Source: Vicugna vicugna (lineage: Eukaryota). From it: 64,000 nucleotides of DNA. The notes beneath the pieces were generated by a model. It made no database searches, had not been told where the DNA came from, and saw only the letters and a list, made by a program, of their open reading frames with translations. Shown here one piece after another: positions 32,881 through 45,817 of the stretch. Both the position numbers and the translations under genes were made by a program. The DNA lies in the NCBI GenBank assembly GCA_013265495.1, contig MU058065.1:1586364-1650363 (forward strand), written 5' to 3'. Positions within the stretch are counted from its first letter, which is position 1. Every line of letters begins with the position of its first letter.

Positions 32881-35800
32881 TTGCTTAGAATATCTCTCAA
32901 GATGCTGTCAGAATTGGAAGCAACTCCAGTCTATCTCCTAAAATTGTCTCCAAAAGTTAAAACCCAACTTTATCCTTCAAGTCATTAGGTAGTCACCTTA
33001 GAGACTTCATCAGACCCCTTTTTGATTATTATTATTTTAGTCTGATAATGAAAATGTCATATGGAGCAATCAAAATCCCATCTGTGTTTTGCCGTGTGAG
33101 TCAACCTAATGGATCTGTTCATCCATCACAGGAGCCAATTACGTTCATCTGACGTAGTCCGTTCTTAATCATTTGTATAATAAAATAACTAGCAATGTAC
33201 TATAGTATAGTTTGTATGGGTTTATAAACGTTTCCATGATTTTAGGGACTTTCCTCACCTTGCACCTCTTTGTGCATGTACAGTGTATTCGTGCGTCCCA
33301 GGTTTTCTGCAGTCTCCTTGAGGCTGTGGAAATTTCTCTCACGTGACCCGGGGGTTCTTAGCTCTCTTCCCTGTGGGTCTCTAGCGTCTGAGGCTTTCAA
33401 GACCTTGGATTTGGCTGCCGGCCTGCTTCAGCTTTTGCCTTTTATGACCTGCTCATTTTACTGTGTGCTCTGCCTTTGGGGTAGGGCCAGCCAGCTCAAA
33501 GACCAAACCCCAGGACCTAATCAGAAACCACACCCCCAATCCTTGGATCCAACCAAGGTGGCGAGTTTAGCTACTTTCCCCAGGGGAGGGGGGAACAGAT
33601 GGTCTGAAAAGTTGATCAGTACAACACTGGAGACGTCAAAGGATATTCTGGGGTTCTTAGGGGCTTATAGTTTTGTTTGTGTTTCATGAGCTTCTGAAGC
33701 ACAACTTCAAATGGCCAGACTGAGCCCTTTGTTCCCGTAGTTCTCTGAGAATATTCACTTCAGCCAGGAACCTGGGGGCTGCAAAATGTGCTTTTGTCTT
33801 GCTCTTTCTCCTCGGGGAGAAAATTTTCACCTTCTCCTTGTTCCTAATATTAATTTCCTTTCTACTACTTACAGCCTGGAATTATTCCTCCTTTTCTCAC
33901 TTCCACCCTCTGCTTCTCATTTCTCCCAAGAACTGCTCAAGGAGAAGTGTAATTCCTTTTACCTTAGGTGCTATGTATCTGCCAAACTTTTTTCTGTTGC
34001 AAATCTTAAGACAGAGCACTGATCTTGGCAACATGAAGGAAACTTCTTACTATGTTTTTCCCAAATGCATAGATCTAAAATTAAAAAAAAGTAAGAAAGA
34101 AAAAGAAGAAAGTGAAAGAAACCTGAGAAGAAACTATTTTATTCCCTGCTGATTTTTCTCTCACCAGCCCTGAAAACCCGTTGGAAATTCCCATAGTTGT
34201 ACTTGGTTTTAAGGATGGAGATAAAGTGAAACTTTTGCCTTAGGACAGGAAGAAGAGAAACCCAATTACAAATATCACATGATGATAATGGAAGATGAAT
34301 AGTCGACCCTGGAGACAGTAGATGAAAAGAAAGGGGTCGCCTGAGAGCCAGGTTAAGACTGAGAAATCACCCCAGAGAATGATGCTGCCGAAAAGTCTTG
34401 ACCTCAGTAGCTTACAGCAGCTTTATTGACGACTTACTCTGCGCCAGATACACTTCTCAGCCCCTTACTTGCAGTAATTACAAACATCCATCATCATTAT
34501 CATCATCACCTTTTAATGATGGGGAAACTTTCATAGAAAAATTAAGAAATGTGTCCACCATCCTACAGCTGGGAATACACAGACCCAGCATCCCAACGCA
34601 TGCCGTCTAGACCTGGCCTCTTAGCCACGATGCCAGCTGCCCGTATGTGCTCTGCCCTTGCTGCCCTCTGGAAGGAACACCTCTCAGCCTTTGCCCTGAC
34701 AACTCCCCTGTCGCTTTGCCCTGGTAACCCTGACGCACGTTGTTAGTGGACCACACTTTGAGAAACGTTGGCTGGATTTTTGAAATCAGAATAAGCCAGC
34801 ACTGACGTGAATTCGCTGACAACTGTAGGGTTTTGTAGAGACACGTGTTTCCCTTACCGCGGTTGCTGCCCTGCACAAGGCAACCTTTTTGGTCCACCCT
34901 GTGCTAAATTGCCCTGTGGCTCCCTATGGGGTGGCAAGGACAGATACCCTGGTTGCTAGGCGACAGACCAGCGTGAATCTCATTTAAACACATCCCATTC
35001 AGTACTGATTTTGAATTCTCTCTCTTTACTTTGACAACTCTGAGCTTCTTATGGAAGGCAGTGGACATTCTTTCCTTCTTTAAACCGTGAATGACTTCAT
35101 TTTTTAATGGGCGTTTAAATAAAATGAATGGTCTCTCCCTCTTCTGTTTTAACTGGTACTAATTCTCTTCCTTGTCTACTAACTGTGAGGTTAAATAGTC
35201 CCCACAAGAAGGTAGGTTCAATTCACATCCACCAAAGCACTTCACAGTTGTGTTAAACTAACACGAGTCAGAGTTGAGCGACACTATATATATTTATATG
35301 TGTTTTGATCACTCTGTTAAAGGTATTAATACTTCGCTTTACAGCCTACAAGGCAGGTTCTGATGAAATAACCTGCCCCGATTCACACAGAGCCAGAATT
35401 AAGGCCCTGATCTCTCTCACTCTACGCTGTGTGCCCTTCCCCACTTTGCTCCCTCTGACCCTTTGAAGAATTCCTTCCTACCCTGTGCTCAATAGCCTGA
35501 CCTGATGGGGGTGTTTCCACTGTTCACAGAGGAACACATCCTTTGTTTTGACAAATATTTAACCTTTCTGCCTCAGTTTCTCCATCTTTAAATGAGGATT
35601 ATTAATCATCCCAATGCCGTGTTTCTAAAAATAAATACAGCAATGATATGAAAGCACTTGGAAAATAACTGGGGAGCAATGTCTTTATCTGATCCTCGTA
35701 AATGGCTTAAAGTCAACATCTATGACCATAAAAAAGCCCAAGCACTTCCGTGATAAAATTTAAGCACCACTTCCTCCCCCAGGGGGTGGGAGAGCAGCTA

Positions 35801-36220
35801 AAGGGGTCTATAAATAGGAGGCAGACTTCTTAAGCAGAACTTCTAGGGCAAAGTTTTCATTTTAACATACCCAGAACACTAAGTAAAACTAAGCTCTTGG
35901 TTTGAGCTCTCTTAACAAAGAAGATGAGAGAGCAGAGAAGTGAGACTACGTCAGCGGCCGGACAGGGAGCAAGGGTCTCGGGACCAGTTCAGATGAATGG
36001 CTGAGAGAAATACTAAGTAGTGAGGGAGCACGTCGCTCTGCCTACAAGCCCGTCTGCAATTTCCAGAAACCAACCTGCAACCAGAGTAGAATATTGATGA
36101 AGTGAGGAGTAAGCCACGATGTCAGGAATCCAAGCTTCACTTTAGTGAAGACATTAAACACTCAGGGACTTAAAAGTTGTGGAAACGTTGCAAGAATAGA
36201 AGCAAAATATCTATATGTAA

Positions 36221-36222
<2 letters not shown>

Positions 36223-36255
<33 letters not shown>

Positions 36256-36486
36256 GATGATGTTCTGTCCTCATCCACAAAGTACTATAGGTGACTGAGG
36301 CCAATTTCATATAGCCACAGAATGTTCTACAGAAAGCCAGATCTTCGAGATGTTCATAGGTCACAAACACACGCACACACACACACGCACATGCACATAG
36401 ACAGACATACACACACAGACACACACAGAGAGACACACAGACCCACAGACAGACAGACATACACACACAGACACAGACACACACAA
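36223..36486. repeat. (CA)n microsatellite (36223-36250) and CA/GACA-rich repeat (36366-36486)
   Basis: Read directly. Confidence 0.95.
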
Positions 36487-37289
36487 AGTCTTTAGCTAGT
36501 AACCACTGAGACTGCCTTAGCGGTGGAAAAGGCATGAACTATTTCCCAGATTTACTTGACCATGGGGAAATTCTCTCTCTCCCCAAGTGTGTCGAGAAAC
36601 ATCTTTCAGAAATGCTGATACAAATCAGATGGAAGGAGATTGTCAGGAACCAGGGGCACAAAACAGCTCAAGTGAAACAGAAACAGCTTCTAGGTGAACC
36701 TTGACCTGCCTTTCATTAAGGCAGATGGTGATGACGAGAAAGCGGATGTTAAAGTCTCTAAAGATCAAATAAATTATTTCTTTTCACGGCCACCTCCATT
36801 CTTAATACTTAACATTAGTGTCAAAAATGTCTACCTTTGACCTCTTAACGATACTAAGACAGGACCCCAGATACACCAGGGATGGTAGTTCTATGGATTT
36901 ATCCTCATGCGGCAAATTTTAAGCATAAACAAGGTTAATTTCAAAGTTGGAGGTAAATAATAATGATCATAATGATCAGAGTAACACCTTTTTCAGCCCC
37001 TAAATTTCTCCTTTTAACCCCCTACCTAGTTACCAGATTATTTTTTCTCTTGTCCTAGAGGGCAAGGCAAATTCAGTGACTTAAACAAGATGCTCCTTTA
37101 GATACTCACAGAAACGGCTGCTCCCAGCTCAGCTGGGCGGAGTTGATTACTCTATCTCCACAAAAGGTTACATTCTTTACATAGAAAGTGCCTCGCTTCC
37201 TGATTTATACAGTTACCATGGAGCCCACACAGTGTCTGCAATAAAGGGCCTTGTCCACTGCATGAACGATTCGACTGGGATTATTTTTC

Positions 37290-38215
37290 ACCGACATTCA
37301 TCACTCACTAAGCCATGGGTACCAACTGGATGTCACAGAGTCCAGGAGCTCACCACCAGGCAGGAGGAACAGACCTGTGATCAGATTTTTGCGAAATATC
37401 CAGTGAGAACCCCTGGAGTATTACTGTAAAATAGAGAAACAAGATCAGATTCATATGTTAGAAAAAAAATAACTAAAAACAGACCAGTAAATGGACTGTT
37501 TGGCTTGAGGGAAGGAGTAAGAGTGAAGAGAAGTTGACAGAATAGGAGACTATTTATTTTAATAGCCCAGCTGGGTTAAAGACTTGTACTAACACATGGC
37601 AGTGTGATTGTGGTGACAGGGAAGAGCTGTTAAGGAGACAGAGTTGACAGCAGTTGGTAACTGAAAAGCAAATAAAGGACAGCAACATGCTAGTGATGAC
37701 TCCCATACGTCTGGTTTGGGCAAGGAGCTAGAGAGTTGCACCATCATTTAAATAAGGTTCCCAGAAGACAGTAAAGATTGCTGGAGCAGCAGTGGAGGAA
37801 ACAAAGAAGATCAGCTTAGTGGCCAACACGCAGAGAGAGGGCCAAGAGGAAGATACATACATAGGTCTCCACACAGGAGGAAGGGGTGGGCACTGGCTCT
37901 GGACTGGAAAGCTTTGAGCCTGGGAGAGCTTGCCGGGAATGCCATGAGGCAGGTCCCTGAGCGCCACTCCCACTTAGCGGGGTAGCAGAGAGGGCCCTGC
38001 ATAGGAAGTGGAGATGGAGTGGACAAGGAGGTAGGAAGAAAACAAGGAGAAACTGATTTCTCAGAATCGAAGAGCTGTCTGTAGCAAGTGTGCGCCAATG
38101 GTGTCAAATGCCAAAGACATGTCAAGATTGGGTGATTCAGAGTCATTGGTGGTTCTTTCAAAGGGCAGTTTCAGAAGCCATGAGCACAGCCTGATTACTG
38201 TGGGTTAAACTCTGA
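37290..38215 (-). mobile_element. L2 LINE fragments
   Basis: gttgacagcagttggtaactg..gatgactccc..tctggtttgggcaa; gtgtcaaatgccaaagacatgtcaag. Highly diverged. Confidence 0.5.
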
Positions 38216-40563
38216 AGGGACATGGGGTGTGTTACCGTATCAAACAAGGTGTCAGTATATTATGTCCCCTTCCCTAGAAAGAGCTTTGAAGAGTAAACCC
38301 AGTAAAAATACTGGAGCTCTTCACACAGAATACCCTGTGCATTGCAAAGTTTAAAAATAGCTCAATGGACTGTTAAATTATGCACCAAAATACTGCTTAA
38401 TTTGTCAAGAAGCAAAATTTTGTAACTATGAAAAACACTCTGACCAAAGGAGTATAATATTGAAAATGAAATCTCTTCCTTTTCCTCTTCTTCCACTATT
38501 TGGAATCAGTGGCATTCAATGAATTCAAGAGCAAATTATAAATATTCCACATAGAAGCTGCATCATATTGAGAAGTAAAAGAGATTTTAAGCCATGTGGG
38601 TCCTAAACATTGCAAAGAAAATTATGGGGAGAGGGAGACTGGCCATGATTTCAAACATATTTCATGCTGCCCCATTTTGTTAATGGGAAAAAAATAGATT
38701 GAAATAGAATGAAATGTATCTTGTCTCAAGAAAACACAGGGAATTTCCTTTCTTACTTTTATGGTTGAATAATTTTATATGCTTTATATTTAATTTTGGA
38801 CTGCATATTGTGTACATCGATAAAGAAGCCATTCTTTTAACCAACATGCCTTTGTACTTTATACAAATTGTTTGAATCTCATATGTAGAATAGCGTGCAG
38901 TCAGACTTACCCAGAAATAAGAATGAGTCTTTCAACAAATGGTTCTGGAGTTTTTTTTTTTTTTGGCATGTATAAATAAATTAAGTAAAAATGAATGTTA
39001 TTTTCTGATTCTGAATCATTGGACAGTAAATGAGTGATTCTAATGCATTCATTAACTTTAGGCTAGATTTTCTTCAATCTAGAACTAACTCTTTTGCTGT
39101 GGCATCAAGGCTACATGTACAATTTAACTTACTGGAAGATAATGGGGAAATATAACTGTAAAAATCTCTCCAAATTGAAAAAAATTCAGGATTCTTTCTT
39201 AATAAATTAGTGCAAAGAAAAAGATTCATGTTTTTATCTTGAAGAATGAGGCTTTTAATTCACTAAGGAAGGTCTTCTGGAAGTTAAGAGAATTTTCATT
39301 TTGTGTGTATTTTTTAAAAGTAAATTTATAAGTAAAACCATATTTCGTTTGCAACTTCAATAATTTATTGGAAAAATTATATCAAAATCTTTTGTTGTCC
39401 TTTGTTTGGCCTGGTCTTATTTATATGTAATAATTTTATTTCTATAATAGCCAGAACAAAATAGATCACCCGATGTTTTTCACACTAAATGTATAACAGT
39501 AAAGAGAATAAACATACAAATGTTGATTAAGGTAAATTCAAATGCGTTTATTCTTTAGTGGCATTTGGATGAAATGTGTATGGAGAACACGAATGAGCAC
39601 AATGAAAAAATGTTTTTGTGTTTCATGTTAACCTCCCTGAAGAAATTTATTTCCTAGTCTCAAAAATCCTTAGAATGATAGTCTTGTTTCCAAATATTCA
39701 AAACTGTTACAGTTCTAAATTGGCTTCCTCTTTTCTTCTCCACAATAGAAACCATCATACAATGTTTGGTGGTAAGTGAATGGAGACACAGAAATACAAA
39801 TCGAAGTCCCTGGAGTATAAGAATAAAAAAAGAACCCATCTGAAATTTGAACCTGAAATTTTAATTGCATTGAATGACAACCCAGATTTTATACCTTACA
39901 TGAAAAGAATGATTAGATCATAATATTACTAAGATTTTTTAGTACCATTCATTATTCATGCCCTGACAAAATACTTGTGACATCCAGCTGGGAAATTAAG
40001 AGTGTCTGGTCCCAGAGTAGGTACAGGTGTGATTTCTGAAAGTCTCATTTTACAGTTTGTTCAGTTGCCTTAATGCGACACATTTTGAAAAGGCAGACAA
40101 AATATTTTGATTCACTTTCAATTTAGAATCAAGAAAGATAACAATTTAGGCTAGTCTATAATTCAGAGTAACAAAACAGTTAAAAATTGATTCTCACTTA
40201 TGGTTGGCATTTGATATAACATTCTGTTTTATCTTGTACAGGCATATTTATATACATAGTAACACTATCCAATATCAAGTAATATTTTAAAAACTTGGAC
40301 TCAAAAGTCTGTTAAATATTAGGATTGTATCATGATTTCTGAAACGGAGTCAGATCTACATTCACATCATTTATTTTGTCCAAACCCATTTTCAGTTTCT
40401 TCCCAAGAGTGCAGTGTAAGTTTTTTTAAAATCATTTACTCTTCAATTTATTTTTATAGCGCAGAAGTTAATTATTCCATCTTAAAGGAATATATAATGT
40501 GATCCAGTCAAAGGGAAAAAAGTATTTTCGGTGCCATTTTGTATTTTTTAAAATGTCGACATC

Positions 40564-40682
40564 TTAGGTGACCATATGTCCTGCTTTGCAGGCAGTTTTA
40601 TATTCTACCTGTTGGCCTGGCTAATAGTATCTCCTCAGACTTTGAAATCCCTCACTGTGGACAATAAATTATCCAGCCACTC
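40564..40682. mobile_element. MER81-like hAT MITE
   Basis: taggtgaccatatgtcctg..tggacaataaattat..agccact resembles the recalled MER81 consensus. Confidence 0.6.
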
Positions 40683-41469
40683 TTTTAATACATGATTTGC
40701 CTAAATTCACTTAACTTCATGATGCTGCATTTTCAACATTTATACAATAGCCATAATTACTTCTAAACTTTGTAAAGAATGGCATTAACAGGAAAATTAC
40801 CACCCTCATTGTACAAATACAGAGTTAATCCTGGTGGTGACTAAGGGCCAAAATAAACACCTTTTGTGGTTGCATAAATCCTTCTGGCCAAAAAGTCGTC
40901 ATGTAATTTAATAAACATCTATAGCCAGAAAGAAAAATAGCTTTGCATCTAAAAAGCCATCTCTTACCTACTTGTTACTCTGTAGCCAGAATCTAATAAT
41001 CGGCCTTCTTAAGAGATGGACAAATCGCATTGCCAAACCCCAAGTGCTGTTACAGGTAGGTAACGTGATCTGAGTTGATTCTAATGAGTCTCTAAAGAGA
41101 AAGGGAAGAGGAGGAAAAATCAAATGTTTTGTTTAGAGCACTGTAGGGTGCCTTTGACAAGTGCCCAGTCTTTCTTAAAGTGTTTAGATTTTTAGAACTT
41201 TCAAGGTGTCAAGTTTAGTTATTTCCAGGGAAAAAGGACTCGGGAAGATTCCTTCATTCAACACGTCCGTACTCAGTGGCCACTGTCAGTGACCCCCTGG
41301 GCTGGACTTGATGTGCTCCCTGCTCTTTTAAAAGGCTGTGCCGACTTGAGGCAAGAAAGCTGGAGGGTAGTCTCAGTTACTTGAGTTCCCTGTGTGAAGC
41401 TGGGACCCTGATGCTTTCAGTTTGCAGGCAGACGGCATGACAAGGACTGAGCCACATTGTCACTTCAGT

Positions 41470-41592
41470 GGAATGATGGATTTCAGGAGAAATCCTTCTA
41501 GAGATTCTGATCTCATGGGGGACTCAGGAATTTGCATTTTAATTAGCAACCCCAAATAATTCATGTACACACTGTAATTTAGGAAACACTGT
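41470..41592. mobile_element. MER5-like hAT fragment
   Basis: agagattctgat..ctcaggaatttgcattttaa..tttaggaaacactg. Confidence 0.6.
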
Positions 41593-42399
41593 TCTAATGA
41601 TTTAAAAGCCTTTGACCATGTTGACTTTGCTTAATTTTTTGTGTGTCTAAACATCAAACCAGCAGTGATGACAAGATAGAGGCTGAATAAGCAAGCATAA
41701 TAAATGAATAAAATGTGAGTTAGGGGCATCGCTGTTTGGAAAAATTAACCAACTCAGCAAACTTTTGCTGGCTACTCAGTCTTTACCTTTGAAGGAGACT
41801 GTGGCAGCCTCCACGTTTAGGGGAGTAAGAAGCAAGTGTTTGGCAACCAGTGTCACGGGCTAGGTAGTTTTTACGGGGAAGATAAAGCCAGAGCCTTGTT
41901 GCAACAAGCAGAGTTGGAGCCTGTGACTTTGAATTCGCAACAGGTCATTTCAGCTTAGTTCTTGGACAAAGAGGAGTTGTAGTCATAATTATAATAGTTC
42001 TTAATGATCTTCTTAGAGCGACTGTGTGGGCTGGAACAAAGAATAGAGAATAATTTTCTATGCGTAACATTTCCAAAATGCCATAACTATGTAGGAGAAA
42101 TGCTTATGTGTTTGTAAAATGCACTGGCTTTCTCAGAATCGGAGAAATCACAGATTTAAAAGGATTCTTCAGGATCTTCTAGTCCAATCCTAATCCTCAT
42201 GTAACCACCCCCAGATACTAAGAACCTAACAAGTAAATTCAGAAAGAATTTGATTTAAGCGGAACCCTGTGATAATCAGAGCTAAGATATCTCTCCAAAA
42301 CTAGACTTGTATAAGTCAGGAAAAACAAGTTGGCATTATCAACTGTTGTGAGCATGATTTGTAGACTGAATCAAACTTACTGGGAAAACTGATTTTTTA

Positions 42400-42570
42400 A
42401 AGCAAGTATTTATCAATTACTAACTCTCTGTTAGGTGCTTTGTTGGAATTGATCTTCATGAAGGTGGTATCTTTTAAACATGTAAATAAATTTAGAGATA
42501 TTAAGTTACTTAATTGAGATCTCACAGCTAATACCAAAATTGAAAACCAGGTCTTGTCTGGCTCCAAGAC
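42400..42570 (-). mobile_element. MIR fragment
   Basis: ttaagttactt..agatctcacagcta..ttgaaaaccaggtcttgtctggctccaa. Confidence 0.6.
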
Positions 42571-42674
42571 AGATACAGAAACACCGTATAAAACATCTGG
42601 AATGATGGTCCAGATGTGATTTTAAAAAAAAATCTGCAATCATCAAACAAGTCATAAATTAGTTGAATAGACTT

Positions 42675-42842
42675 TTTGAGACAGACAGATCCAGTTTGAA
42701 ATCCTACTTCTGTCACATGTAGGATCTTGGGGAAAAATCTGAGCCTCTCCTTGCCTCTGTGATCTATAAAATGGGAATAATAGAGTGTCATGGAGTGCTC
42801 TTAAGATTATATGTAAAGCACCTAATAGTACAGTATCTGACA
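42675..42842 (+). mobile_element. MIR fragment
   Basis: gacagatccagtttgaaatcct..tctataaaatgggaataata..atgtaaagcacctaatagtacagtatctgac. Confidence 0.7.
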
Positions 42843-43479
42843 AGGATCTGCCACTCCAAGACAACAGAGGTAATTCTACTAGACTGTAGCAATGTAAGAA
42901 AGTACCACCTTCATTTTTGGCCAGCGGGATTCAGGATTATGTATCCCAGTCAGTTAAGCCTGCGGCATGTTGTGAATAGTGAATAGTGCGTGTAAGATGC
43001 ATGAATATACGTATTTACCATGGTTAAACATAGCAAGAAAGGACAATAGGACAATACACATTTGTCCCATTAAAACGTCCAAATTAAGACCTGTAGAGGT
43101 AGATGTTATGAAACAGAGGTTTCTAATCCGCTCTAATATTCTGAAAGTTCAGTTGCTAAATCAGAGAGCCTAATAAGTAAAATGCTTTGACCAAAATCAT
43201 GTTGGAAGTCAGTGTAGTTCTAGACCAAGAATAAAGCCCTGTAGCTCTGGTTCAGTGCAGTACCCTCTATTCTCATTTTTCTTGTAAAGAGTGTACATCA
43301 GTTTGGCAGTTTTTTGTCAAGAATCTTTAAAATACTTTGAGTATTCTAGCCTAAGAAAATAATCCCAAATGGACCAAACTTGGGGGAAGATGTGAGGACC
43401 AAATGCATGAAGAAATACTCTGAAGCATTATTTTTCTGCAGTGGCACGACATCTCAAGTGGCCATAAGAACGGCTCCCT

Positions 43480-43796
43480 CTGTCCTCTTTTACACGTCTT
43501 TGCTCAAAGGTCACCCTCATTGTGATACTGCCCCTAACCAGTCTATTTAAATTGTCCCCCTTTGTCTAACTCTATCCATCCCCCTTCTGCTTTATTTTTC
43601 ACTTGACACTTACCATGTCCTAATACATTACACAGTTTACTTATTTTTGTGTTTACTGACCAGCTCTTCATTAGGTCAGACATTTCAAGAAGGCATGAAT
43701 TTTTGTCCCTCGTTCACTGATGTATTTGCATCACCTGGAACAACCCTGGGCAAACAGTACGGGTTCAAAAATATTTGCTGAACAAATTAATGAATG
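43480..43796 (+). mobile_element. L2 3' end
   Basis: ctgctttattttt..cacttaccat..gttcactgatgtat..cacctggaaca..aaatatttgctgaacaaattaatgaatg. Confidence 0.75.
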
Positions 43797-45120
43797 GACG
43801 ATTTCCAAAACTAAAAGACTGGGTTGGTAAATCAGGGTATGATACTTGCTTCTATCTAGTATTTAAAGTGGTCATCAAGTTTAGAAAGCAAAAGTGAAAA
43901 TCTTTGGAAACATGCCATTAAGTGGATAGAAAACAATATTCCAATTCAAATATATACTTAGAAGGGAACTAGGAAAAACTATGTACCAGAAAAAAAAGAT
44001 CGAAAGGGAATGCAGAAAGAGAGTGGGTTTTATGCTTTGTTTTCCATTTTGTTTTATTTGAGAACCGCAGGAAAGTACAGAAAAAGGAAGTAAGTGAGAG
44101 AGGATGAGAAAGACCTGTGGTCATGAATGTTCTGTCTTCCCCGGGCTGGGAGGCCATAAGCCTGTGTGCTCTTTGCCTGAATTCCTGGCATCTTTGTCTA
44201 AAATGAAGATGAAAGTTTTCAGACAAAGAGCATATCAGGGCTCAGTTTTCCTCTGATTTCCAGAAACAAACAGTTGCAGAATTGGCTCAGGAACTGGCAA
44301 GCTAAGAAATTCAATTTTAGCTAAATATTCAGTATTCTTCCCAGTTCTCCTTCTCCATCCATGATCCATGGATCCCCTGAGTTCCCTTTGACTGTTTATC
44401 CGTGTCCGTTTGTCTGGTTGTGGTTTTGTTTTTAAACTCTACTTTTGTCCTGTCCTCCTCCCACCCCTATCCTTGTCCTAGGCGCACGCATTGTTTGCCC
44501 TCAGTCCCTGGTTTGTGTGTGGGTGTTTCCCTGAATAACTAAAGCTCTGGTGCTGAGAAAGTTCAAGGCCAGAGAAGTCCAAAGTGGCTGAGGACCCCTA
44601 ACAGTTGTCCCTGCCTTTCTGTGAATCGTGAGCCGGGGGCCTGCATCCTGGTTTTCCACTCGCCTTCCCCACACGCCTCTGGGCCGTTCCCTCCCACCTT
44701 CTGTTTCTGCAGAGACGTCATCAGTGCTTCCTTTGCTGTAACACTTTTACATCTTGAGTAACAACTTGCGTAGAGTTCTTTGCCTGTCCCCTTCTTGGTT
44801 ACTAAGACATTCATGGGTCTTACCTCTCATATTGCAGGAAGTCCATGGCTCCGCATTTTCCCCACTCATGCTAGAGCACAAGGTCTCCTTATAATCCTGA
44901 TGTTGCTGTTTAATCCCTTGATTTATGCAATTTTAGAATCAAAAGGAATCTTAAAAGCCAACTAGTGAAACCCCCGTTACCACTCCATGGTCAGCATAGT
45001 GTGAGGTGCACGGTAGGGTTTGGAGAATCTTTATCATCAGTAAACACCCTCAGGTCAGCCATCGTGTACCACTCCAAGATAATTATTTTGTGCTATTAAC
45101 TTTGTTTTAAAAAAACAAAG

Positions 45121-45190
45121 TTATTCACATATAGTTATAAAATTCACATATATTTATTCACATATATTTATTCACATATATTTATAAAAT
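45121..45190. repeat. ~14 bp AT-rich tandem repeat (ATTCACATATATTT)n
   Basis: Read directly; about 4 copies, one variant. Confidence 0.85.
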
Positions 45191-45734
45191 TGGTGAAGAA
45201 TCATGGAGAAGCCTGGGTTCAGAAGGCAATGAGGTAAAACGGATTCCAAGTTGACCACAGGGTTGACCTAAAGTGAAAAAGTCTTCGTTACTGACGCAAG
45301 AACAGGAAGAAAGAGGCTAAAATTATGATGAAAGAATTACATGTAAAAATAAATAATAACATCTTTTGCTGCTGACAACTGTTGAATGACGGAAGGGTTG
45401 CCAAGGCAAGCTGAAAAAATGTCAGGACTTGAGGTTAGCAGCGTATCCGGTATGATTCAGCGGGTGATTAAATTAGACTTTCCTTGATGGAGAAAAATAG
45501 AATAAATATGTCAAATGGTTCCTCCTCTTAGAGTCTGGGAAAGGTTATATTTCCATTTCACTGGGAAATGAAATGATTATTAGATAAGCAAGCCCTTTAC
45601 CTGCCTGAAAGTTGCTAACACAGCTACCTTAACATTATCCCGGAGGTCATGAGAACTGAATTCACCGTGGTTTTTGACAGGACAGCTGATTTTTCTCATG
45701 ATAATTTTTAATTGTCATTTTTTTTTCTTTTCAG

Positions 45735-45817
45735 GCTTGTAAATTTTATAGCTCCCAGTGGTACGTGGTAAATTATAATTATGAACGATATTCTGGAGAC
45801 ATTCGACAGCTACCCCG
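45735..45817 (+). CDS. DOCK10: DOCK10 exon 4: [27 protein letters not shown](R)
   Basis: Long T tract plus tcAG acceptor, CG|GTAAGA donor, 83 nt, phase 0/2. Confidence 0.96.

Noticed and set aside
33270..33689. 139-aa ORF in intron 3
   Set aside because: Non-ATG start call, no homology recognised, no exon-like splice pattern matching DOCK10.
36170..36535. Cys/Val-rich 121-aa ORF
   Set aside because: Translation of (TG)n microsatellites.
42400..42842. Inverted MIR pair as a dsRNA or editing substrate
   Set aside because: The copies are too diverged to form an extended duplex by inspection.
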